This document shows positions 1 through 14,200 of a DNA stretch of 64,000 nt, piece after piece. A model generated the notes under the pieces. That model did no database searches and was not told the origin of the DNA. It saw only the letters and a program-made list of their open reading frames with translations. Source of the stretch: Cenococcum geophilum (lineage: Eukaryota); NCBI GenBank assembly GCA_050273025.1, contig CP158635.1:17050001-17114000 (forward strand), read 5' to 3'. A program made the position numbers and the translations under genes. Numbering within the stretch: position 1 is the stretch's first letter; each line of letters opens with the position of its first letter.

Positions 1-1503
1 ATAGTACTTTATAACTATAAAGCAATTAATATAGCGCTAAATTCATTAGGGTAAATACCTTTTATAATTTAACTTTAAGATTATATACTAACCTAGCAAA
101 CTTAACTAAAAGCCTAACTTATTAATATAATAATTATAGGACTTACCTGCAAATGCCTCTAATAAATAGATTATAAATTAATTATAAATTCTACTACCCC
201 CTAAATGCTTTAAAAAACTACGCCCTATATTCCTAAATGCGGAGCTTAACAGGAATAAATTAGAAATTAATAAGTGGGATATAGAAATTAATAAATTAAT
301 AAAATATAAATATAAGAACAACTCCTAGATAGTAGATATAATAAAAGTAATTTAAATAGGGAAACGGTAATATAAGGATATTATACTCACTAAATACAAA
401 ATCCGCAATAATTGGTTATACTATTAATAGAAGATAGTAGTCCCAAATTCTAAACCCTTACGATTTAAGATACTCGAATTTATATACGATTCCCCTATAG
501 TAGGGCATCCTAGCCATATAAAGACCTATAAGATTATTCAATAAGTATACTACTGGCCTATAATATATAACTATATATAAAAATACGTTTAAGCATATAG
601 AATGTGCGTATATAGGAAGACCTCTTATATAAAGAAGTAAGGAGTACTTTAACCATTGCCAATTTTAATACAAAGATGGCAAGATATCTTAATTAACTTT
701 ATAGTTAATCTACCTAACAGTAATAGATTTATAAATGTTATGGTAGTTATTAACCATTTTATAAAAATATAATATATAATTCCTATAGACTTAATCGATA
801 TAATATTAGTAGCCAAATATTTTATTAAGTACGTCTTTAAACTATATAGACTTCTTAATTTAATAATATTTAACTGTAGAAGCCAGTTTGTTTTAGACTT
901 TTAGTAAGCCCTATATAAATAATTAAGTATATAAACACAACTCTTAACTATATTTTATCTAGAGATAGATAGTTAAACCAAAATTATAAACATAATTATA
1001 GAATAATACCTATAAATATACTACTCCTACCTGCAAGATAACTAGGAGAAATGGCTACTATTAGCTAAGTTTACTAGAAATAATATAAGAAATAAATTAA
1101 TAGGTATAACGCCGTTTTATATAACCTATAGATAAAACCCTTAACTTAAATTTAAACCATAACCCAAAATTAATATAATAGGACCTATAATTAAGAGGAT
1201 TTAACTAATTAACGTATATAACTTTACTAATTAAATAAAGTAGTTAACGGAACTATTATAAAGTAAATTAGCGTACGCTTAAATAGTATAGGAATAGCAC
1301 GCAAATAAAGAACGAGCTCCCGCGTAGGACTTTAAGGAAGGTAATATAGTTTACCTAAATATACAAAATCTAAAGACTTAATAACCTTTAAAGAAACTAG
1401 ACTAGAAGTTTGCGGGTCCGTATTAAGTTAAGAAGAAACTAAGCCTATACGCTTATAAACTTAAACTACTAACTAAGATAAAAATATATCTAACGTTTTA
1501 TAT
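1..1503 (+). pseudogene. Gypsy A pol fragment (integrase Zn-binding, core and C-terminal region), RIP-degenerate; 5' part lies outside the window
   Basis: Back-read motifs HDSPIVGHP, YYWP, PLP...WQDI, and KKLD.KFAGPY...AYKL...IHPTF. The frame continues at 23195 after the Gypsy B insertion (TSD TATAT). Confidence 0.85.
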
Positions 1504-1509
1504 TGTAAG

Positions 1510-1780
1510 TGTATAATTACAGCACCTGTCGTACTAACCGCGTACTTACGCGCTCGGTACGCCGAGTACGCGTTTACGCGTTTGGTGCACCAACCACCCG
1601 CTTACGCGTCTAGTGCACTTCTAAAGCACTAACTAATCAGGGGGGAGGCGCATTAGTATATAGACTACGTAGTCTGCTTTATACAATCGACAGTCACTAC
1701 CGTCTAAATGAGCATACGATACTATACGTATTTCGTGCCCCTAGACACGACTCACTTGTACCATTAAATTGGTACAAATA
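1510..1780 (+). repeat. Copia 5' LTR
   Basis: TGT...(C/T)A ends; direct repeat of 7509-7779. Confidence 0.95.
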
Positions 1781-1981
1781 CTAATCAGTGAGCGCGCATA
1801 GATCAGCAATCACTCAACACCTCCCCCCGAGCGATACTCGACAGCGACCACCCGTTCATATCCTAGTACGACCTACTAAAAGGTCGGAAGTTGGGGATTA
1901 CGGACCTATTACTAACTCTGTATACTTATTTAAGTCTTAGTACGGTTTACCGGAAGTATAATAGACGCAAATACAGACCTA

Positions 1982-4900
1982 TATAGGAACCCCCTACCCT
2001 CAAACCTCAAACCCCTATCCTTACTATACCTCCCCTAGACCCCTTACGGAGACCTCTTACCCTTCTACGAACCGCTACGGACCCGTTAATTACCTTTACG
2101 GACCGTTACAAGCCCTTATAGAAACCCCCTACCCTCCTGCAAACCCTTACGGACCTATTATCCGCCTTTACGGACTACTATAAGACCCTTCTACCCGCTA
2201 CGTACAATACTACACAGTATAGCAGATATTAGCAAGCAAGTCAGCGAAGGTTAAAAGAAGTGGAGTTAAGGAGTCGACCTTACGTCTACGAACAACGTTA
2301 ACAACTACATTTAATTTAAACTCCTTAAATACGGATACTTTAAGCCTACAAACAATGACATGTGGGAGCAATATAAGGAAGACTTTGCAGACTTTACGGA
2401 AGCTACTTTTAAGGCCTGCAGCCTTATAACTATCTATAACCTACAAACCCTCCTCCGTAACCACAGCGTATAGGTTAAAAAAGACAAACACGTCACTGTT
2501 GTACGGTCTTTATATAATGCAATATATGAGGAGGACCAAACGGAATGGACTAAGGAAGAAATTCTAGACCAGTTTAATACTACCAAGGAACTCTTTGCTT
2601 CTTCTAAACTTAATATAATCGCTGGCCTTATACCTGACCCACTTAACCAAATTCGTCCTATAGACCTAAACGCCTTTAGAATTAATCTTACAGGCTAAAG
2701 CACACCTAGTACCCAAGTTATAGACCACAATACCCCTGTAAACCAAAATACGGACCAAAACACTTCCGCTACTTAAGCTATAGATCCGCAAACTACATAT
2801 CCGCAAGCTACAGATCTGCAAGCTACATATCCGCAAGCTACAGATCCGCAAGCTACATATCCGTAAGCTACAGATCCGCAAGCCATAGACCCGCAACCTA
2901 CCTAAGTAAAGACCTATGGTAAGGAACTAGCCAACCTAGCTAAGCTCTATACCGACGAATCTAAGTATAGCGGTGAAAACGACAACTTTAACTTTAAACT
3001 AACCATTTTTACGGACCTTTGTTAGAAGGCTAACATTCCTAAACAAGAGTTTAGCCAAGCCTACTCTACCATACTGCGCGGCCTAGCACTTGACCACTAC
3101 TACACCAACCTCAAAAGCAACCCCCTTAGTGTCCCCTTTAATAAGCTATACAAAGCTACCCGTAACTACTTTAAAGGACCGGAATATAGGCGTGATATCC
3201 TTACCTAATGGAATGCGACCAAGCTACGGACCGTAATCAACAAGAACACCGAAAAATCGACTATAGAGTATCTACAAATCCTTATTAAAGACCTCCGGCA
3301 CCTATAGCACGGCCTTAACGCCAAGCTTCAAATAGACAACTTCCTGCACAATAAACTTATTACGGCTTACTAAGAAGTAGAGCCCTATAAGTACGCCTGT
3401 TACAAGCCTACAGACACCTTAGCTGGCCTTATTAATAACCTACACTCCTCTATTATAACGTACGAAGTCTTAAACCCACTAAATAGCACTCAAGCCTTCG
3501 CTATAGATATTTAATATCTGTAAATAGACTTAGAAGCCTATTTTACGGACCGCCGCTACTGCCAGCAGTACCCGTACCGACTAAACCCCACCCGTAACCC
3601 CCGCAGCAACCCCTATACGAAAGTATATCCACGTAAACAAACTAGCTAGAAGTGCTTCGTGTGCGGTAAGGAAGGATATTAGTTTATAAGGTATACCTAG
3701 GAAGAACGTGACAAGTCTAGGAAGAGACTTAATAACCAGATCAACCAGTTTATTTTAGAATACAAAGGAGAGGAAGTAGAGGAGCCCCCTGACGAGTCAA
3801 TAGAAGCCCTTATAATTGACTTTAACTTAGACGCTTAAGAATAGGAGACCTTAGAGACATTCCTAACTACTTTTAGACCTTTTACGGACAGTCAAGCCTT
3901 TAATACTATAACCGTATTAGCCGACCGCTCCTTTATACACTCAATTACACCCAAAAACTGGCCCGTAAGTATACCCGTTAGACCCGTTACGGACGTTACA
4001 AACCGCGAACAGGACCTATTTGCATATATTACTATAGAACGCTATACCCCCAAAGAATTCTATGGCGTTATAATTAATATAGGTGCCTCTAAGAAGTCTA
4101 CTGCAGGTTACGGACAATACCTTATATATAAGACTACCATAAATGATAATACGGACATTAACACTATGCAAGCTGGGGCCGTAAATATCCAATTTGGCAT
4201 TAGTTCAACCGCATTAATTAGATCAGTCGCAGTTAAGACCCTAATTAGCCTAGTTAACTTCCATATAGTAAAAGCGGACACCCCTTTCTTACTTTACCTT
4301 GCGGATATAGATAGGTTATAGGTTTATTATAACAATATTACGGACACCTTAATCGGCCCCGCAACTGCCCTAGGAAGTAAGTATATTACCCTGCCAATTA
4401 CACGACAATTTAGACACCCGTTCCTTATATGGGGAGAGACTTTATAGACCTACATTTAGGAATCTTTTAACTATAACCCGTGCTACCTTACTAGTACAGA
4501 GATCCACCGTCTACACCGCCGTTTCGGCTACTTATCAGCCGAAAAGCTATATAGAGTCCTTAAACGCTCTGGACATAACGACATTAATAGGAAGGCAGTT
4601 AATTACCTAACTAAATACTACTCCTTTTGCCAGAAATACAGACGTTCCCTAGGCCGATTTAAGTTCACCCTTTATAAGGACCTTGACTTCAACCACTTAG
4701 TGTACGTAGACATTATATACATCAACGGCAGCCCAGTATTACATATAATTGACAAGGCAACCCGCTACTAAGCCGCCCATTAGTTGTAAAATATATCCGC
4801 AAAACATACTTGGGACATTTTACGGACCTACTGGATTAACACATACCTTGGACCCCCTGAGTATATTACCTATAACGCTAGTAGGAACTTTATTAGTAAG

Positions 4901-7258
4901 AAATTCCAATAGTATGCTACGGCCATGGCTATTTCAATAAAAGCCGTTTTAGTTAAGGCGCACTGGTCCGTTAAACTTATTAAGCGAGCTTACCTAGCTT
5001 TACGGAGAGCTTACCAGATTATTACAGACGAGTGTAAGAATATCTAAAAAGAACTAGCTTTATAGATGGCCGTAAAAGCCGTTAACAATACCGCTAGCCC
5101 TGACGGACTGGTACCTACCCTCTTAGTCTACGGAGCCTACCTAAGGATAAGCAAACTGGACCCTCCTACCCCATCCGTTACGGATTAAGCAGCTATAATA
5201 TAGAAGGCAATAGCCGAAATAGTTAAATTACGGGCCAAACAAACTATTAATAACGCTCTGTACTACCGCAACGGACCTAATATAACCCTAGTACACAACC
5301 TCCCACTTAACTCTAAAGTCCTCGTGTGGTAGGAAAGCGGCAATTAGACTAGACCTTACTATCTACTAGCCGTAGAAGACGAGACCTACTATATATAGCT
5401 CCCTAGCGGACCAATAAGCTTCAGAAGCACGTCCGTAAAACCCTATTTTTGGTCCGAAAACACCCATAATATCGAGCTAGACGAACTAGAAGCAACCGCC
5501 GAACCAGACAAACCAGAAACGACTACCGAATTAGACAAACTAGAGGCACCCTTACCTACCCTAGAGGTCCTCTAGAAACCCACTAAACCTACTAAACCTA
5601 CCATAAAGCGTGGCCGAGGACGCCCCCGTAAGAATCCCGTAATGGAGAACCACCTAACCTCCACAGGCACATCCGCAAAGCAATCTCCGCCTGTGGATAT
5701 ATTAGTTCTAGTATAGGAAACCCCTTTTACGGACTTATGGCGTAAAGAGATTAACGGACTACTTAAAAAGGGTATCTTTGTGATTATAACGGAGAGAGAC
5801 GTTCCGCAAGGCGTCCGTATATTTAACTTACGCTTTATTAACAAGATTAAGCACCCTAGTACTAATAAAGCCTTTGAGAAATTAAGGCTCGTTATATAAG
5901 CTTATAATAACTAGGGAAAGGACCTAGTCCTTACGCAATCGCCTATAATTTAACAAGTTAGTTAACGGATTATACTCGCACTTATGCCTAGACTACAGCA
6001 AACCAAATCCGTAGCCCTTTACTTACGGGATATCTCATAAGCCTACGTATAGTCTAATACCTACCTAAGCAGGGATATCTTTATATAACCACCCTATGAG
6101 CTTAACCTATAACTAGGAACAATTTTATAGGTTATAAAACCTCTTTACGGAGTACTAGAAGCTAGAAACCATTGGTTTAAGATATACCACTAGCACCACA
6201 TTAGTAAACTTAAAATGGAACAGTTGACCTACGACCCCTGCCTCCTATATAGCCTATTAAACGGCCTTGGTATTGTTGGACTCTAAATAGATGATACCCT
6301 CTTCTTAGTAGACCGGATATTTGCGGACGCTAAAGAGATTAAACTGCAAGAAGCTAAGTTCCTGGCAAAGCCGTGAGAGTAGTTAACTAAGTAGACTCCA
6401 ATTAAGTTTAATAGAGGCTTAATTATATAAAAGGGTAACTTAATCTAGCTAACCCAGGAACGCTAAGCTTAAAACCTAAAGCTTGTTATAGTAAAGCCTA
6501 TGGACCTTACCAGTTCCCGCGGAGAGACCTATAAGACCATAAATACAAAGGACTAATACGCTGTATAGCGTGCAAGAGGCGCCTATATTGCCACAGTCTG
6601 CTAACCCGAATCTGCCTACAACTTATCCTTTGTAGCCCAGGCAGTAGATCCGTAAAAAGAAAATATTAAGTAGCTTAATAAGCGCATTTAGTGGCAAATT
6701 GACAATGTAGTAAGGGGACTTACTTTCGTACCACTAGACCTAAGTTCCCTTAGCTTACTGGTATTTATGGACGCCTCCTTTGCTAATAATAAAGACCTGT
6801 TATTATAAATCGGCTTTGTAATTGTACTTACGGACCGTAATTAGGACGCAAATATACTGTACTGGTCTTTAATTAAGTGCAAACGAGTAACCCGTAGTAT
6901 ACTAGCTTCTGAACTATATATACTAGCTTATGGATTTAATATAGCAGCCGCAATTAAATTAACGGTCTAGAAGATTCTATAACTGGAGCAGTTACCCCTG
7001 GTTTTATGCACCGATTTAAAGTCCCTTTATGACTGCCTAGTTAAACTAGGTACGACATAAGAGAAGAGGCTTATGGTCGACCTAATGTGCTTATATTAGG
7101 CCTACAAACGACGTGAGATTACGGAGGTCAAATGGATTAGCAGCGGAGATAACCTAGCAGACGCTATAACTAAGGTAAAGCCGTGTTAAGCTCTTAAAAC
7201 CCTAATCGACACGAATAAGCTTAACCTAAAGGTTATAGAATGGGTAGAGCGAGACTAA
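1982..7258 (+). pseudogene. Copia gag-pol polyprotein, RIP-inactivated (start approximate)
   Basis: Zn knuckle KCFVCGKEG (~3650), protease ID(T)GAS (~4075), LHRRFG (~4510), integrase core, RT K.RLV.QAY (~5880) and LQ.DDTL (~6285), RNase H F.DASFAN (~6765) and N.ADA.TK (~7150). Confidence 0.9.
2776..2897 (+). repeat. 15-bp tandem repeat (CAAGCTACAGATCCG-like, ~8 units) within Copia gag, encoding (QATDP/QATYP)n
   Basis: Directly visible periodicity. Confidence 0.9.
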
Positions 7259-7508
7259 CGGAGCATTTACGGTTCAGCTACGGCCCGTCGGAAGGCCATA
7301 TGGTGCATTCACGGCCCGTCAAAAGGCCGTATAGTTTATTTTACGGACCGTAAGCAGGACTTACGGCCAGCTTAGAGCACCATTTAGAAGGCAACCCAGA
7401 AGGCACCTCAGGAGGAATTTCCTATGTATTTTCTTATGTGTTTTATGGTTCTATTAAGACAATTACGGAGGCTATATATAAGTGGTTTCATTTTCCAAGT
7501 ACCGCCAG

Positions 7509-7779
7509 TGTATAATTACAGCACCTGTCGTACTAACCGCGTGCTTACGCGCTCGGTACGCCGAGTACGCGTTTACGCGTTTGGTGCACCAACCACCCGC
7601 TTACGCGTCTAGTGCACTTCTAAAGCACTAACTAATTAGGGGGGAGGCGCATCAGTATATAGACTACGTAGTCTGCTTTATACAATCGATAGTCACCACC
7701 GTCTAAATGAGCATACGATACTATACGTATTTCGTGCCCCTAGACACGACTTACTTGTACCATTAAATTGGTACAAATA
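7509..7779 (+). repeat. Copia 3' LTR
   Basis: Direct repeat of 1510-1780. Confidence 0.95.
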
Positions 7780-8108
7780 GTAAGGGATATTATTGCGGAC
7801 ACCTTAGGTTGCCCTTAGGATAACCCCCGGACGCCCCTTAGATAGTCGCCAGTTACGTACTAGAGGCACGTGCCCGTAGTATATAGTCTCTACAATCTTA
7901 AAGGCCTTACCTCCTTAAGGATTTGTCTCTCTTACTAATCTATCCTATTCTAATCGTGTCCTTATAGCCCCCTGTCTATAAGATCCCCTTATATTTAAAT
8001 CCTTCCTACTCTTTTTTAGAAGGGCAGTCGGCTTTAAGGACCAGATTGTTTATTTATATCTTTTATTTATAACTACTATCCTCCTTAAAAATCTCGCGAC
8101 GACCTAAA

Positions 8109-11100
8109 TGGAAACTCCATGGATACCTTATAGAAAGCCGTCGCGCAAAGGTAGGAAGGTCCCTCTAATAGCGAGAGATTGCGATAATATAACCCTTTAG
8201 GCAAGATGGTTAAACAAGCCCCAATACCTAAATGCTCTAGAAGCTTAAAGACTCTCGCATACCTACGGTTACCGGCAACGCTAAGGAAAATACAGACACC
8301 CTCTATAATAGTTATAACACTACTAGAAAGCAGCCGGAACCCCTCCGGCCCTACCTAGGCTAATCGAAAGATTAAGCGCTAGAGGCGACTTTAAGATCTT
8401 TCCCTAAGCCAGAAAAGCCAGAGGAATACACTAATATATCTAACTAGGGAACCAACTAAAACCCTCCTAGAAGACCACCGGCCTATAATTAGCATAGTGG
8501 CGGTACACAGACTGCTTATAAGCTAAGTGGGCCTACCCCTTTAGGTAATTTAAGTAAATCACTAACTTAAGACCCGAGCCCCGTTGGGAAGCCTATACTA
8601 GCTATTAGTACTAACACTACCTCTATAGTAGGAGCCTCCCTAAGCCTAAGTTTAGAAGGTTAAGAGCCCTATACCGATCTTCTTTAAGACGGATATTAGG
8701 AAGCTGTTATAAGGCTCTTGGAAGCTATACGGGAGGAAGCCACTAATAAATATATTAAAACCCTTTAAGGGTAAATCTAGATCTAGCAGGGTTTAATCTA
8801 AGCTAGGTAAATTCTTTTATAACCTAGTTAAGGCTAAAGGCTTTCTAGGGGCTACTTAGTACCTACCTAAGGAGGTATAGAAGACTTAAAGAGGCACCTA
8901 TATAATAAATGGAAAAAGAATATAGGCTGACTGGCTAAGGCCTCTAGTAGTCTAGAACTTCGTTATAGACCTAACGCCTAATAGCTAGACGATTGGGTTC
9001 GCGAAGTAGATAACTTCTTTAAGATGCTAATAATATAAAATAATACTAAAGAGCGTATACGCTGGATTATTAGTAAGATTAAAGACCGATTACTAAACTA
9101 AATTACGCTTAATTAACTTAATAAAGAGTAAATTATAATATGGCTATAGCTATAAACCTTCCTAAAGGGTTAGACCTAAGATCCGTATATTATACAATAT
9201 AATAATGCAGAACAATTCTAGAATGGTACGTAGCTAGACCGTTAAGACTTCCGCTAGTTTATAAACTTTATAGAAACTTATACTTAACAGATAGATCTAA
9301 AGCCCTTTAAAAATAAGGACGGCAGTGTCTATAAGAAGGAGAAAATCAGATTTATCTGGGCTAGAATTAAGCTAGCAATTTGTGACGAAATAAAGCGCGT
9401 AGGAGCCCTACTGCGGATTACCGTATATGCGGATTTCGAATAAGCGGTTCTAAACGCTAAGGATACGGTAAGGAACCAGACCTCTTCCGGTAGGAAGCTA
9501 GGGGGTCACTAAAAGTATAGGTACTCTAGTAGTAACATAGGGCAGACTTAACCTTTAAAGAAGCCGTTCTTAAAGAGAACTTTAGAAGGGTTAAGGTTAG
9601 GAACCTTAAATAATGGGAAAGACTCCTGGGGTTAACCTAATACTTATCCGGCACCTTTATAGGAACACTCTAAGAAGTTAAGAGAAAACTTTAAAGGTAG
9701 ATCCTATTAGAAAAATAAGCAGGGTAATAACCGCACTAATAATCTAAAAAAAGAAAAGCCCTAGTTGCGGACCTCTTCTAGCTGCAACTAGGGCAAGATA
9801 CGAAAGAAGAAACTCTCTATATTGCTATCAAGCTGGAAATAACACTCCCTATAGGTAAGGTATAACAGTTCTAAGCACTATACGATAGTGGTGCCGAAAT
9901 TAATCTTATATAATATAATTTAGTAAAAGAGCATAAACTTATCCCATTATAAAGGTGGCGGAAACCTATTATAGGCTTTTTAGATAAGCATTAGATTAAA
10001 CTATATAGTGCTTATAAGCTTATAGTGTTAGTAGCTAATATATATAACCGCACTAAGGTGGTTGGCCCGTAACCCTTCTAGGCGGCTAACTTTATAGGTT
10101 ATAACTTTATCCTTAAATACCCTTAGCTTGCGGAAGCAGATCTTAAGATATACTTTAAGACTAGAGCCTTTAAATGGTAGAATAATAAAGATTTGGAAGG
10201 GTGCATATTACTAATAAGCCTAAAGGATATCCTAGAGAATATAGCCCTAGGCGAAATAGTATACGCTCTATACCTAAAGGAGTATTAGATTTAACCCCTG
10301 TTTAATAGCAAGATAGGTATAGAGCCTAGTATAGGTAATAACTTCCCTATAACGAAGACCCTATAGGGAACTGCTGGATAGGTCGCAGAGACATTATAGG
10401 GAGGCGGCGATCTTAAGGATCTCATAAGATACTTTAACCGCTATGGGTTACTCTGGCTTAAGTAATATGCGGAGAGTATACTACAGCACCTTAAACGCTG
10501 CGTTAAGGAGTTCCTTACCCTCCACTAGCTACCATATAAAACGGTTTAATATACAGTGGTAACTATATACGAGTAACCACTATAGCGCACGACACTGCCC
10601 GTAAGCATCCTAAGGGAGCTCCGGGACCTACCTAATAATAACGCGAAAGATAAACGCGACCCTAATTTATTAAATATTCTAGTAGGCCTAAAGGACTTAT
10701 TAAGGGTATTTTCGGGCAGGAGAGCAAAAGTTCTACCGTAGAACTTGGAGTATAATTATATAATTGATCTAGAAAAAGGTAAATAACTACCAAACCTTCC
10801 TATCTATAACCTCTTGCGTAAAGAGCTTAAGATCCTACGGGAGTACCTTAATAGGTTACTGGAAAAGGGGTGAATCTGGCCTAGTAAGTTGCTATTAGGT
10901 ATACTAATCCTCTTCGTCCTAAAACCAGATAGAACTATAAGGCTATATATAGACTATTACGGTCTTAACAAGATTACAATTAAGAACTGTTACCTATTAC
11001 TACTGGTTAATAAAATGCTGGATCAACTATCTAGGGCGAAGATCTTTATAAAGCTAGATTTATAAGACGCCTATTATAGGCTCCGTATTAAAGAAGGGGA

Positions 11101-14100
11101 TAAGTAGAAGACCGCTTTTAAGACCCGATACGGCCACTTTAAGTATTTAGTGATGCCTTTTGGGCTAGCTAATGCGCCTACGACATTCTAATTGTATATT
11201 TACAGAGCCTTAGGGGGACTAGTTAACCGCATATATATCGTCTATTTAGATAATATCTTAATTTACTTAGAAGATAAGGATTAATACAAGCAATACGTCC
11301 GCGAAGTGCTAGAACGTTTAGATAATTAGGGCCTCTACGCTAAGGCGTTAAAGTATATCTTTAATACTAAGCAGGTTGAGTTCCTGGGTTATATTATAAC
11401 GCCTATAGGTATAGTTATAGACCTAATACGGGTGTAGATAATCTAGGAGTGGCTAGAGCTAGAGAGCTACTAGGATGTTTAAGTATTCCTAGGCTTTGCC
11501 AATTTTTATAGGCGCTTTATTTATAACTACTTAGACGTCACCTAATACCTATTTAACTATATTATAGAAGCTTTCCTAGACCTAACCTAAAGAGTAAAAA
11601 GCTTAAAGGCGGTAAGGAAGAAAACTAAAAAGGGACTAACTAAATAGTATAAGCTATAGTTATGGCCTAGAAAGGTTTAGAAGGCCTTCTAGGAATTACG
11701 CGTAAAGTTTATAAAAGCTCTATTACTGCGGCATTTCGACCTAGATTAGCCATTAATGATGGTTACTAATATATTGAATTTCGCCCTTACTGGTATTCTA
11801 CTGCAACCTAATAGGCATCTAAACGCTACCCAGCTCCATTAGAGACCAGTAATATTTTATAGCAGAAAATTCTAGGGACCTAAAGTTAGGTATTATACCC
11901 ACGATAAGGAACTACTGGCTATAGTTAACTGCTTTAAACAGTGGCGATATTACCTTAAGCACGCAAGCTATACCACTCGTGTACTCTTAGATTACTATAA
12001 TCTACGCTACTTTATAACTATAAAGGAGCTTATACCTTAATAAGCTAGATAGGCAGAGGAGCTCGCGCGATTTAATTTTAAGATTAAATATAAGCCAGGG
12101 GAAAATAACCCTGCTAATAGACTATTACGACGGCTAGACTATACTAAAGGCTTTAAAACGGGAGAAGAAAAACAGATAATAGATATCTTACTCCCTATAT
12201 TATAGAATAAGCTCTAGGTATAGGATGCTTAAGCACCCATAGCTCTATATACCAAGTCTTAGGTGGTATAAGCCCTATTAGTTTCTACTAATATTTTAGC
12301 TAGTACCCAGTCCATTACTAATAAGGGTCTAAATATACCTAGACAGGACGTCCCTAATATATTCTCAGAACCTAGTAATACACCATCTCTAATTGCTAAG
12401 CTATCCCCTTAAATAAATAGCGAAGCTATAGAGTAATTAGAACTCGGAGCCCTATAATAACTAAAGGATTTTAACCTTATAGCGGCCTTCCTAATATATA
12501 CGCATTAAAGAGTTGCAAGATCTATGGTACTATTTAGTCTTATACTTAGAGCAGTATAGGACGAAACAGCTTTTACCTGGAAACTATCCAAAAGTTTAAC
12601 GGATCTTATCCGTAAGGTGTAACGGAGGGACGCTTCCTATGCCATCCTTAATGCGGAAGTAGACCGGAAACGTAACGGAAAGGAAGCTGCTAGGCGCTAC
12701 TATTAGGAACTAGACCCAATGGGCCTACTATATAGAGGTGGCAAGGTTTAGGTGCTATAAGAAGTAAATCTATAACAGAAGATTCTTATAAAGAATTACG
12801 ATAATCTCTTAGGCGGCCACTATAGTTAAGCAAAGACAGTGGAATTACTTTAGCGTAAATACTATTAGCTAAGGCTTAATTAGGAAGTAAAGGAGTATAT
12901 TAGCTATTGCGAGAAGTGTTAAGTATATAAGATCCGTAGGTATAAGCCATAGGGTTTACTTAAATTAGTTCCCCCTGCTAGTAAGCTATAACGATATTAT
13001 GCTATAGACTTTATTACGGATCTCCTGCTATCTAAAGATGGCTAAGGATAAATATACGATTCGGTCCTTATACTTATTAATAGGTTTTTAAAGTACGTCT
13101 AATACCTTCCCGTTAACAAGACGATTAATATATAAGAGCTCGCCAACCTAATTAAGGAGAAATGCTTTCTTAAAGTAGATTAGCCACACTCTATTATTAC
13201 TAATAGGGGCAGCATCTTTATAAGCTAATACTAGTTAGACCTATGCTTCTATTTAAAGATAGACTACTAGTATAGTACGGCTTTCTACTTATAGACGGAT
13301 AGGTAAACGGAACGCCAGAACTAGGAACTAGAGTCTTACCTATAGATATATTTAAACTACTAACAAGATAACTAGTGCGAGCTACTTCCGTACACGGAGT
13401 ACGCTTACAATTTAAAGTAATACGCATTATATAAGTATGCACTAATCTAGATTGCCTATAGCGTCCAACTATTTAGGTTTAATAGTATACCCAATAATTA
13501 CTAGCTAAGGCCGTATGATTAATTATAGGATTCTACCGGGAAGTCTAAGGACATCTACTAAAGAGTATAAGGATACCTCTAGAAATGGGAGGAGTAATAA
13601 AAGTATACGAAGCAGAGCCTATAAGATGCCCAAGAGCAGTAAAGACTTTAGTATAACCGCAAGCACCAAGATAAGCATTTCGGAGTAGGCGATAAGGTTC
13701 TATTACGTTTAACGAATATTAAGACCCGTTAACTATTAAAGAAGCTCGATATAAGATACCTAGGTCCCTTTTAAGTTAAGAAATGAATTGGTAAGCTAGC
13801 CTATTATCTCTAGCTACTCCTATTTATGGCCTATATATATCTAGTGTTTTACATAAACCTACTAGAGCTATGGCATAGACCACCACCGGAAAAGAACTTC
13901 CGTCTAGGCCCAATTAAATACCCTAAGGTAGTGGGCGAGCGGTATAAGGTTAAAGCTATACTATACTATAAATCTGTTAAGAATAAGCTTTAATTTAAAG
14001 TTAAATAGCTAGGCTAGCCCGCTAAGGACTCTATATAGGAACTAGAGGATTACCTCAATTATTATAAAGATATTCTAAAAGAATATTAGGACCAAGGTCT

Positions 14101-14200
14101 ACAATCTATAAATCGTAAAAAGCGCTCTAATACTACGGTATTATCGCAACCTATAAAGAAAGCTCGTAGTAGGCTATAAAAGGCCCTAAAGAGTAAATAG
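8109..14200 (+). pseudogene. Gypsy B gag-pol (PR-RT-RH-IN-chromodomain), RIP-inactivated
   Basis: ATG at 8109, protease LYDSGAE (~9880), RT KTAFKTRYGHF..VMPFGLANAP (~11110) and YLD(D)IL (~11245), RNase H (~11760-12100), integrase (~12790-13500), chromodomain-like Y.V...VKW.GWP..DS.WE (~13940-14090). Confidence 0.9.

Larger units (their letters stand above)
1510..7779 (+). mobile_element. Full-length Ty1/Copia LTR retrotransposon
   Basis: Near-identical 271-bp LTRs at 1510-1780 and 7509-7779. TSD GTAAG at 1505-1509 and 7780-7784. Domain order PR-IN-RT-RH. Confidence 0.95.

Noticed and set aside
2666..2896. 76-aa minus-strand ORF (RICSL repeats)
   Set aside because: Antisense reading of the 15-bp repeat in Copia gag.
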